NCBI RefSeq assembly: GCF_001194135.2
Contig: NC_069001.1
Span: 39,483,945-39,547,944 of the forward strand
Direction: 5' to 3'
DNA from: Octopus bimaculoides
Taxonomy: Eukaryota
DNA length: 64,000 nucleotides
Position 1 is the stretch's first letter. Each line of letters opens with the position of its first letter. The notes beneath the pieces were generated by a model. That model did no database searches. It had not been told where the DNA came from and saw nothing but the letters and a program-made list of their open reading frames with translations. The position numbers and the translations under genes are program-made. This document shows, piece after piece, positions 10,641 through 21,636 of the stretch.

Positions 10641-13600
10641 GTTATAATTTATAAAAGCTCTAACATTTTGTGTTGTCAACGTGATCACTTTGATCGATTT
10701 TTCATCAATATTAGTGAACTTTCTCTAATTGTCTCAATATCAACATCAATTTGTAAACGCTATGCACCTCCCCCACCGCTCACATTACTTCAGATCAACC
10801 TGATCCAAAGTGATCGATATCAAATGTCTTTGTTTCAGAAAACATTTAGAATTTATTACTGACAAAATGGGAAAGTTTCATTAGTGGTGAATCAATCTCG
10901 TAAAGCTTAATTAATTACCTATCTCAAACGACCGGTAATTAATACTAAAATTCTGATGCTTTACGTTTTCATTTCCTTTAACGGCAAATTCTTCCTTAAA
11001 TAAGACAGTATCGATTCTTTCTCACTATTTCCTAGGGTTTTGTTTCCACCTTTGACTCAGTATTACGAAACTTATTCTAAGATTTTGGGGTGAATTTCAC
11101 TTCGGTAGAGACCAATGTTTCCTACTAGGAGCGTGAAAACGAGAAAAAGAGATTATTTTTCATTATTTCCTCCCTGTTTTAAATGTGTTCAAACAATTTA
11201 ATGCAAGACCTCCGTTCTGGATTCTGGCATTAACTACTGAGGCAACTGATTGAATCTGATAATTTGGACAGAGTTCAAACATTAATTAATCGATCAGAAT
11301 TCACTTAGTTTACAATAAAAATATCGAGCGCTGACTGACAATTCCACTGTGCAGTCGTCACATGCAAATAAACGAATTCGGCCATGATATAGTTAAAAGC
11401 ATTCGATAAATGATTAAAAGCGTTGAGTAAACCTGACGTGTGAGTGTTTGCCTTCGTGCCAACACATGTTACCTCGAATCGCTAATTACGGTGCTTCTGT
11501 CGCGGTGTTTACCTATCACGCAGGAAGCCTGTATAAACTACAGCTGTGTGACAGCAGTTCTCACAACAAAATAAATCAATTTGATCAAACTGATATCTAT
11601 ACCACTTTAAACATTCTGATAACCATTTTATTTTATTGAAGGTATTTGAAAAGTTCTTTAGATCTGTTGTTAAAGTGTCTAAGTTAAAAGAAAGATCTGC
11701 AATAAACTAATATGTCTAAAGAGTTTGTGTCAGAAACGTAACATGTCTTCTTGGAGAAATGTGAGCAGTGGCACTTATTTCTTTAACTAGCTGGAGCTTT
11801 AGGTAGTTACTTCTCTCACTCCCAACCGTATTGGTAACCCAGATCTATTTATCTGTTGTAACAAATCATATTTTATTATTTTATTGGTTTAAGTCTCTCG
11901 TCTGTGACCATGCTGGAGCTGCATCTTCGAGGGTTTAACCAATCATGTCAACCCTACTAAGTATCACAGCTAGGTACCTTGAAAACACCACCAGTTATCA
12001 CGCACCACACATACACATACTCACACATACACACACACACACATACACACGTACATGTGTTCTGACAGACAGACAGACAGACAGACAGGTAGGTGGGTGG
12101 TAGACCTATAAACTCATAATAAACGTTTCTTTGCCAAATAATTTGACATTAACATTCTCTATGTAAAGAAACTTCAGAATTCCTCCCACAAGAAAACAAT
12201 AGTATTAATTATAGCTCCGTCTTAGATAGTCTATACCTCGTAATATAATAATTATCCTGTGATACAGGGATGCCGAAGCTCCCTCTTATATATTCTGTAC
12301 CTCGTGGCTTCCTTTCACTTATCTGCATCTCAGTTTTAAAATTACCAATTTGTTCAATCGAAGGTAATGAAATATGGCTCCTGTCTCAAGGATTTATATA
12401 CTTACAAGACTTTGATATGTAAAATTCCATGCTTAGAACTCGATATATCTTCTCGTCCCTATTAAAATCGTTTCAGATTATACATCGCTGATAACGCCTA
12501 ACCAGCCCGAAACATGTCTTGGGTCGTCATTTTTTTACTTCTAAACATCAGGCTCGCTTCCCACTGCATTCCCACTGCATGTTCACATTCTATTTTTAAT
12601 TATTCCTAAAATATTCATCACTGAGTAATCTTTTCGCCTTTTCTTGCCCGTAACGAATCATTAAATTGAGAAGTTCCTCTCTTCTAGAGTAATTATCAAT
12701 TTCAATTAACTTTTGCCTAACCTTTGACATTTAACATTATATTTAGTGGTATTTTACTTTAGCGTTTTCGGACAATCAGTGTATTTGTCATTGTATATTA
12801 CTACAGGTGAACTATAGCGTCGTTGGCTTTCGGGTTTCAGATAGATGCGGGACAATTCCGGACTTTCAATTCTATGCATAACAAATATCTCAAGGGATAG
12901 CCTTCCTAAAGCACCACTTCTTGGTTTCGTAGCCGCTATAAATCTGTGAAATATGCGCACATATACACACATAAATACATACACACACACACACACACAC
13001 ACACGATGATTTTTTTCCCTTGTCGTTGCCGTCTAATTTCTCTGTTCAGGCTACAACTAAAGACACTTACCCTTGGGGCTCCTTGCCAGGACCGAATCGA
13101 TTGCATTTCAGACTTCTCGGCCCACATGTTGTCCCTGCACTGTTTGCCATTCCATAAAAAATGTTCAATATTCAAAGATATTTGATTTAGATTTCTAGTG
13201 AAGTATTGCGTTCTTTATCTGAATAGCAAGTTTTATTTTTATTACTAAGTCAAAGGAGGAAAAGCTGCACCTGTGATATATTTTATAGGTAAGACAAAGG
13301 GGGAAGTAACCCTCACTTCGGGGCCCTGGTCTAAGTGCTTGCAACTGTGTATACTAAATGCTCACCCGGGCCAGGCGATGTCGTTAGTTCTATTTACTCG
13401 AGATAAAAGTAATGTTCCCTCCCTACAACCTGATTGGACTCCACCAGGTTTCCCCGTTCACCGAACTTCATTCACATGGCTTGGGTCAATCTGAAGTTAT
13501 GCTTGAAAACACTTGATCAGTTGCTGTGCACCGAGATCGAACTAACACAACCATGTTTTCACCCTCCTCTCTTATAATTAGACAGCAGCCGTCGCTAGCA

Positions 13601-14789
13601 ATTAAGGACGACTCGGCATCAATAGCCAGTAACTATCGTACTTCCTCTGAAGGATGCAGGTCGTTTTATCCACCCTTCTAAATTTTGATTGCATGAGCGA
13701 GAAAGAGTGCTGAGCTTGTAGTTGGAAATTACTTTATAACGAAGACAATAAAAAATTGAAAAGTAAAGTTGTCTTTGTGGAATTTGAACTCAAAGCACAG
13801 AGATCCACTACTGATACCACAATACAGTCAATCTGATGCTCTAGCGACTTTATTATGTTTTGTTTTAATGACGTCTTTATTTTTTTAGTTGTGCATGTTT
13901 AAAAGATTGTCAGTCCTTGATCAAGTGGTGTTCATTGCTACTTCACATTATCTGCGAGGACATTAAATATAAATAGCATAAAAGCAGCAAATATGGATTA
14001 TTTTAACAGCAAGCTACAGAAATTGATAATCAAAACACTAAAGGAAAAGAACTGTCTTCTAATAAAATATTCTAAATCTTCTAAAATATTTGATTAATTT
14101 ATTTACCAATTAAAAAAAAAAAGAATTCTCTCCTGAAATAGAAATTTATCACACATGGAGCGAATATAATTAAAATTTAATTTTGTTACTTCATAAAATG
14201 AATATTATTCATCGTTTATATTTGAAATAAAGTATATTTTAGAAAAAAAAATAACTTGAAAATAAATTAATATAAAACAAACAAGTACATACATAAAATC
14301 ACTGAATCATTTTTCGCACCTTCTTGAAAATGATTCCACCTTTAAAAAAAAGGAAAGAAATAGAATACAAATTTACATTTGAAATACGGGAATATTTCAT
14401 CAAATAAGTGGTATAAAATGTGAAATGTATGGAATATGGTTCTAAAGAATGGTATGAATAGGAACTGGAGATTGTGGAAGCCAACTGATTTGACTGCAAG
14501 ACGTGACGTGGTGTTTGCACAGTTGATTGACGTTAATTTCGTTGCCGAAGATTTCATTCTGATCAAGTCTTGACGTTTATCTCCAACTTTCTGAACTGCT
14601 TAATGTCATCAGCTCTAATTGCGATTCTATTTCAACAGAAAATTAAAGTAATAGTTTCGAAAATTTCGAAGAATATGCTTTGTTACTAATGTAATTTGGT
14701 GTAATTAAATAATCGAAAGTTACTAGAACTAGAGCCAAATAACGCTAAGACTATCGAAGTTTCAGCTCCAAGAAATTGAAGCTAGATTT

Positions 14790-15014
14790 AATAATAATAA
14801 TAATAATTATAAATTTTGTCACAAGGGCAGCAATTTTGAAGGAGGGGATGTGTCGGTTACATCGACCCCAGTGTTTCACTGGTACTTATTTTATTGACAT
14901 CGAAAGGATGAAAGGCAAAGTCGATGTCGGCGAAATTTGAACTCAGAACGTAGCGGCAGACGAAATTCCAATAAACATTTCGTCCGGCGTGCTAACGATT
15001 CTGCCAGCTCGCCT
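14790..15014 (-). mobile_element. tRNA-derived SINE, family A (octopus-type), with (ATT)n tail
   Basis: Minus-strand head ggcgagctggcagaatcgttagcacgccggacgaaatg with A-box-like TGGCAGAATCG and B-box-like GAGTTCAAAT; body ctttgcctttcatcc...ataagtaccag shared with many copies in the window. Confidence 0.85.
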
Positions 15015-15020
15015 CCTCAA

Positions 15021-15250
15021 TAATAATAATAATCCTTTCTACTATAGGCACAAGGCTTGGATTTTTGGGGGAGGGGACTAGTCGATTGTATCGATAAATT
15101 AAGTACCAGGGAAACACTGGTGTTTCGTTGGTACTTCATTTGTCGACCCCGAAAGGATGAAAGGCAAAGTCGACCTCGATGGTATTTGAACTCAGAACGT
15201 AAAGGCGGACGAAATACCACTAAGTATTTCGTCCGGCGTGTTAACAATGC
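15021..15250 (-). mobile_element. SINE family A, tandem with the previous copy
   Basis: gacccc-gaaaggatgaaaggcaaagtcgacctcg...tttgaactcagaacg...tttcgtccggcgtg. Confidence 0.85.
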
Positions 15251-17299
15251 AGTCCTGGGATGACCACAAATAAAATTCCTTTGGTCACGGATTTTGTTGA
15301 TCACGGTTGACCTAGGGTTATGTAACAAGGCTGCACACATTAGATAATGCACACCTAGATCGACAATGTCTTGAAAATGCCCCTTGAGGCACAACCGTTG
15401 GTCAGAAGTCTGTTCCGTTAGAGTTGGTCCGAGTCTAAGCAGCAATACGAACAACGTCAGTCCTTGTCTAACTATACGAGATCCAACTTTACAAGTGAAA
15501 GTCGGTCGCTAATTCTGATTGTCACCATTTTTTAATACTACAATCACGCTGTAATATTCAGCTATTTTTTTGTATCTTTTTATGTTTTATTACCATAATA
15601 AAACTCAATGAAACGAAATTCATGTCACTCCTAAAAGCATTTTAGTAATTGAAACGAAAAACGCTGTTGTTATAAAGCAAAAATAAAACCTCCTTGGTTA
15701 GGTTTTATCTAATTAATTTCTACCTGCGGAAACTCTATTGCTCAACTGGATAACCTACTGTGAACAGATCTCATTTATGTTTTACTCCATCCTTATCATA
15801 ACCCATTTGCAAAAATTCTGAACTGTAGAAAGCAATTTGTCAGTCGCTGATAATAAAATAGCCATCAATAAAATGTATTTAAACTCCGCTTGATATCTGG
15901 AACTAATCGAAACATTGTATTTTCCAAAGACAGAATCGTTTTACTCTTGTGTTGTTCCTACTTTATTTGAAAATTTATATTAATTTGTAAATCTTTTTGT
16001 CTTGTTTAGTTTGTTGCTAAAAAGGCCATTAGACAATTAGTGATATCTTCGACTGAGAACTGGATGTTCTGCCGAGTGTTATACGAGCGGCGGGGAGCGG
16101 TTATTATTATGTTTTATAACTTATGAAATACTTTCCATTTCTGTTCGAATGAATTGTCATTTCTCGGATAATTATAAAGACTGGATCAAAGACATTTTAG
16201 TAAATCGGCAAAAATAGGCTTCTTCCACGACGAATAATCTACCACGGGTGTAAATTTCAAATATTATCCAAAAGACATTTGGTTTATGATTTGGCGCTAA
16301 CTTTTGTCAGTCGTCTGTCTAAATATCACAGCCTTTTGGGTCGAAGCACTTACAGTAGTTGAGTACCCTTTACAAAGACAGCTTGCTGTAAATGATGACC
16401 TAAGAACCAAATTTCGTTCTCTCTTAGAATGAATGTGAGTGCAAACAACGTAGAGCCGTTTCGCTTGCAATTCCACAAAGCATTAAACTGATGTGTTTTT
16501 AGGTTTTCTTTTATTGTTAGATAAACGAAAAACGTGCCTGGCTTTTGTTTATTAGTATTTCGTGAGCTATTATAGAGAAGACCTATGATGAAATGTGTTC
16601 CATCGTACTCCATCCTTTTGATTCCAGTCATAATAAATGTAGGACTGCATCATTTAAATAAGTCCTACTTTTATTTCAAATATTATGTGTTATTAACAAG
16701 GGATATTTTATTACCGTTTCTATCATTTAATGACCACTTAGTTCACCCAGTTTCAGATCGTAAATTCGAGGTGTGATTCGAATCATATTTGGTGACTATT
16801 TCTAAAAAAGTGATCGACGACGTTGGATTGTTTTTAAGATGGTAATATTAGAGCGTGATTTAAGGAATATTTAGCTACTGTTTCTAAGAGAACTACCAGT
16901 ATCGTTACATGTGTAAAATCTCTCAATAGGTTTACGGCTGACTGTTCACCAATACATGAAACCGTTCTTGAAAAAGGGAAAAAATCATCAAATTTGGCTC
17001 GAACACCTCATATATATATATATNNNNNNNNNNNNNNNNNNNNNNNNNNNNNNNNNNNNNNNNNNNNNNNNNNNNNNNNNNNNNNNNNNNNNNNNNNNNN
17101 NNNNNNNNNNNNNNNNNNNNNNNNNNNNNNNNNNNNNNNNNNNNNNNNNNNNNNNNNNNNNNNNNNNNNNNNNNNNNNNNNNNNNNNNNNNNNNNNNNNN
17201 NNNNNNNNNNNNNNNNNNNNNNNNNNNNNNNNNNNNNNNNNNNNNNNNNNNNNNNNNNNNNNNNNNNNNNNNNNNNNNNNNNNNNNNNNNNNNNNNNNN

Positions 17300-17358
<59 letters not shown>

Positions 17359-18635
17359 AACACACACACATGCGTTTATAGATGTACGCATGCGTGTAGG
17401 CTGTTAGATTTTTGAAGATAGAAAGGAGGAGAAATAAAGAATGAGGACAAATATATCCATTAAAAAAACTCACCAATAACAAAATCGAAAATGAAACAAA
17501 TTACCAAGATATTCACATAAGTGTAATTATGAAAATGCGCATCAGTCATTAAGTTGACAGATCAAAGAAATACAGTGACTAGCTGACTGATTGTAATCTA
17601 TCATGTGGAAATTTAAAATCAATTTGAAATTCGATAGCAAAACAAACAAAATTCATCTGTAAAGAATGGAATATAAGAAAATTCCAAATGAACTTCCTAT
17701 CTCTCTTTTTTTATTTATTTATTTTATCGATAGCTTTCGTGGCTTTCTTTTAGTTGCATATTCCGTTTCAGATAAGTGTTTTTTTGTTTTTTTATCATAA
17801 AAGAAATTTTAAATTTTATTTGCCAAAAGTCAACTGGTGTGTTGTTTTATAGATGTAGGAAAATGATGGAAAATAAAAATAATTTTTTTTTAACAAAGTA
17901 ACAAAACTGTACGTTTGAGTAGAGATGTATATATTTTAGCTGGTGGTATTTATTGGGATAAAATTGAGTTTTATAATATACAATATGGAAAAAAAGACGG
18001 CCATAAAAACTTAGATTTTTCAATGTAATTTGATTGATTAAGTGAAATTATTGGATATTTATGTATTGGGGAATTATAAGAATGGTAAGTAAAACTATCG
18101 ATTTGTTTATCATTGCCGCGAGATCATAAATCTACAAGTGTGAGTAAAATTGTAGTTGCTTGATATATTAATTAATGTGTTTTAGTAACCCTAGAACGAT
18201 GAAGAGTAGAGTCAGTTAGATAAGGTGAACCTGGAAATTGAAATGGCTGCGTGATTAAACGGTTCACTTCTTGATTACAAGAAAAGAATTCTGGTGAAAT
18301 TCCTCGATACGGTACTGCTGTTAAAGTATTGCGAGAAGAATTTTGTTGATGGAAACCGCTTGCAAGCCCACCTTGTATGTATGTATTTATGTATGTACGC
18401 ATGCATGCATGTGTGTGTGTACATTCCAAACTGTAACTAATGTGGATTGTTGGTGATTTTTTTCCTCCGTCTTCTTTTTCTCTTGAACTTTGCTCTGTCT
18501 CCTGTGTCTGAAGAAGAGCTTCGCTCGAAACGTAAAATCACCTTTCTTTCCTTTCATGAGCGTCTTTCAATACTTTGCATGTACTACGTCCTCGCGTTGT
18601 TTTTGTTGTGTTTTTTCTTCATGTTTTGGATTAGC

Positions 18636-18705
<70 letters not shown>

Positions 18706-19136
18706 CATACATACTTGTGTGTGTGTGTGTACGTGCGTGGGTTCCTGTACATATTATTTGGTATTGTTGATCAGTAAAGGTTATTGTCTGCATTGATTTG
18801 GATTATTAAGATCCGCCCTTAACGTCTTATTCATCCAGTTGAATTGCTCGTTAAAGGCGAAATTTGCAATCCCAGTCACATCAATATATCATATATACAT
18901 TTACGTAGATGCACACGCGCACCCTGTCACCACCACATAATTGTCGGTATTGGCGAGTTCAATGTCTTATACGGACTAATAGCCCTGTCTCGTGGGGTGG
19001 GAACCTTCCCTGCAGTATCCAAACATTTCCCTACAGTACCAAACAACCAATCATTGTGAAAATATCAAATTTTGGTACAAGATCAGTAGTTCTGAGGAGA
19101 GGGGTTAGTTGAAATCATGAGTCCAGTATTATTATT

Positions 19137-19300
19137 GGCGGAATCGTTAGCACGCCGGACAAAACGCTTAGCAGCATTTCGACCGTTTTAATGTTCTGAG
19201 TTCAAATTCGCCCGAGGTTGACTTTGCCTTTCACCTATTCTGGGTCGATGTAATAAGTACCAGTCAAGTAGCGGGGGTTGTTGTAATTAAGTAGCCTCCT
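19137..19300 (+). mobile_element. SINE family A
   Basis: gaatcgttagcacgccggacaaaacgcttagc...gttctgagttcaaattcgcccgaggttgactttgcctttc...taagtaccag. Confidence 0.85.
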
Positions 19301-19319
19301 CTTCCGGACAGATCTCTCT

Positions 19320-19620
19320 GTGTGGCATCTTGATCAAATACCAGTTTGTGTTGCCCCGAAACGACCCATGCCTTATGAAATCGGATTGACGGAAACTGCA
19401 TTGAAGCTCATCAGCCGGTTTGTACCCGTAATTCGAACTCTGCAGCCTTGTCACACTCTGTGCCGCGCTGACTCTATCGGAAGATTACGTTAAAGGCACA
19501 AGTGTCTTTGGAATACTCGGTCACTTAATTCAGGAGCAGGTAATTCAGTTGATCAAACAACTGAATTCTCGTCATTATACGACGGAGATCCATAACTATT
19601 TCCGTAGTATCAGATTCCTA
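19320..19620 (+). mobile_element. Dispersed SINE-like repeat of a further family
   Basis: gacggaaactg...cttgtcacactctgtg...gttaaaggcacaagtgtctttggaatactc...ttgatcaaacaactgaattctcgtcattatacgacggag resembles cephalopod SINE bodies; family uncertain. Confidence 0.45.
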
Positions 19621-20149
19621 CTGGTGTAGTAAATGATTTAACGGACACTGTGCCTTGAAACCGAAGCGATTCCATCGCGGAAGAGACAGTCGCCAATCAT
19701 ACACAAACACTTTCGTTGTTTTTCTGAAAGGGACTCTCTACTATAAAATATTTCCCCAGTTCTATTCTCGAAAGTATTTCCCGGTTAAACCTTTTACAAA
19801 ATTATATTTTCTATGGTTACTCCTACAGAACGAGTTTAATTTTTTAAAACGATCGCATTCAAGTGGATTGATTTTTCCTTCTCTCTCAGCACCGTCACCG
19901 CCAACAACAACAACAACAATATTGACTAAATCTATCAAGCACTGAAAACACTGACCGCAACAAGGAGTTGAAGTCGGAATCTTTAAAAGAAATTTTGTGA
20001 CTTAATCGGAAGTGGGAATGGCAGCATCATTGACCCTTTTCCTGAGTCCCTAAGACCGGTAAGAGGAGTAAGGAGAGTTATTCTTAGATTCAAATTCTGG
20101 CCTAGAACATTACAACAGAATGAGTTACAGTAAAGCCATCCAAAGACCA

Positions 20150-20330
20150 GACGACGAATTAATTCTTCTAGCTAAACCGCAGGAACGGTTCTTGCTAGGG
20201 ATTCTACACGGTTTCCATCTGCCAAATTTCACGCTAGGGCATTGGCTGACCCAAGGCTATGTTAGAAGATATTTTCTTAAGGTACTGTGCAGTAGGATCG
20301 AACGCAAAACCATGTTACGGCAAACAGGAT
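20150..20330 (-). mobile_element. SINE family B, 5' half, diverged
   Basis: cacggtttccatctgccaaatttcac...ggctgacccaaggctatgttagaaga...gcagtaggatcgaacgcaaaacc. Confidence 0.7.
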
Positions 20331-20508
20331 GAATGTGGATTCAATATCTAATTCAAAATTTTTTTCTTCGATGGTCAATGCCATCTTGCCGAACATTGGG
20401 AGAGAGGTTGTATATCTTCCTGTGAAATTCATTCACAAGAGACCCAGGATTTCTGTTATATAAAGCAGAAAGGAAGTAGATGTCTCCTGGAATAAAACTC
20501 AATCTATT

Positions 20509-20589
<81 letters not shown>

Positions 20590-21191
20590 GTGTGTAGCTA
20601 ATAAATCGTATGGTATACACCTGGTATCCTGCCGGTAGAGCACGTTCCCTGGCTCAGTGTTCAAGCGTGTGTATGTGCGCTTGTACGAGTGTGTCTACAT
20701 GCATCAGACCAGGAGTATGCGGTCGTTTGTATATCCTTATCTACTAACGGTTGTGTAATAATTTTTTTTTCCTTTTATTATATCTTGTTTCTTTTTTGTG
20801 TCTGATCCTTGATCTTCTACTAGAATGAAGCAGTATTCGTCAATTTGCCGTTTTTTTAATCTACGAAGACCAAGAAGTAAAGATGCAGGAAAAAGTTTTG
20901 TGAAACGGAGTTTATCTTAACGGGATCCATCTTGAAATTACCTGAGACACATCTATTTAGTTCTTTCATCAGTGACATCTGCGCTTCCTCCAGATGCATG
21001 ATTATTTTTATCAGTTTTGTCTGGAGGAAGGGACGCTAACTGTACCCTTTAGAAGCCCTTCAAGACAGTGGGGGAGGGGTGCTTGGTGTATCTTCCCAGC
21101 CCTTTACAAACTGACTGCGGCAGCAAAACATGAACGACAAAATTTGATGTTTGTCTTCATTACATTTTATATAAAATTTGTATCAATAAGT

Positions 21192-21275
21192 CTTAATTGA
21201 TCGGTTTTAATTAAGGGGTCTTAATTAAAATATTTTAATTGAAAGGTTTTAAATGAATGGCCTTAATTAACAGGG
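21192..21275. repeat. 6 x 14-bp degenerate tandem array with a YTTAATTRA core
   Basis: cttaattgatcggt/tttaattaaggggt/cttaattaaaatat/tttaattgaaaggt/tttaaatgaatggc/cttaattaacaggg. Confidence 0.8.
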
Positions 21276-21608
21276 AATAGTCTAGGTAGTTGTTCAGAAT
21301 ATATTAATGTGTACTTAAGTTATCGATCACAGGAACAGGGCTGTAAGAAATCAATATGAAATAGAAACTATCGATCATTTACGATGTGTGTAATGTATGT
21401 GTGCGTTTGTGTATATGTGTAATGTATACGTGTGTTTGTATATGTATGTGTACACGCAGGAACTTTGCGACTTATTTTTGACAAAGAAAACTACAATAAT
21501 TCTTGGTGTGCCAGTGATATGAACTCGCAGCCTCATATTTTGACTTGTAGTTTATGGTGATTCAATGACACCAATGACTACTCACTGTGAGTAGAATCAG
21601 CAGCAGTA

Positions 21609-21636
21609 TGACGTCAGCCATCTTATCAATATGGCG
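21609..21636. promoter_or_regulatory. Full CRE (TGACGTCA) next to two opposed YY1-like motifs
   Basis: TGACGTCA 21609-16, GCCATCTT 21617-24, AATATGGCG 21628-36. Confidence 0.3.

Noticed and set aside
16391-16491. ATGATGA...CTGA C/D-box snoRNA-like pair (also about 8610-8695)
   Set aside because: No terminal stem and no recognisable rRNA guide sequence.
21192-21275. CRISPR-like array interpretation of the periodic repeats
   Set aside because: Eukaryotic context, units too short, no unique spacers and no cas genes.
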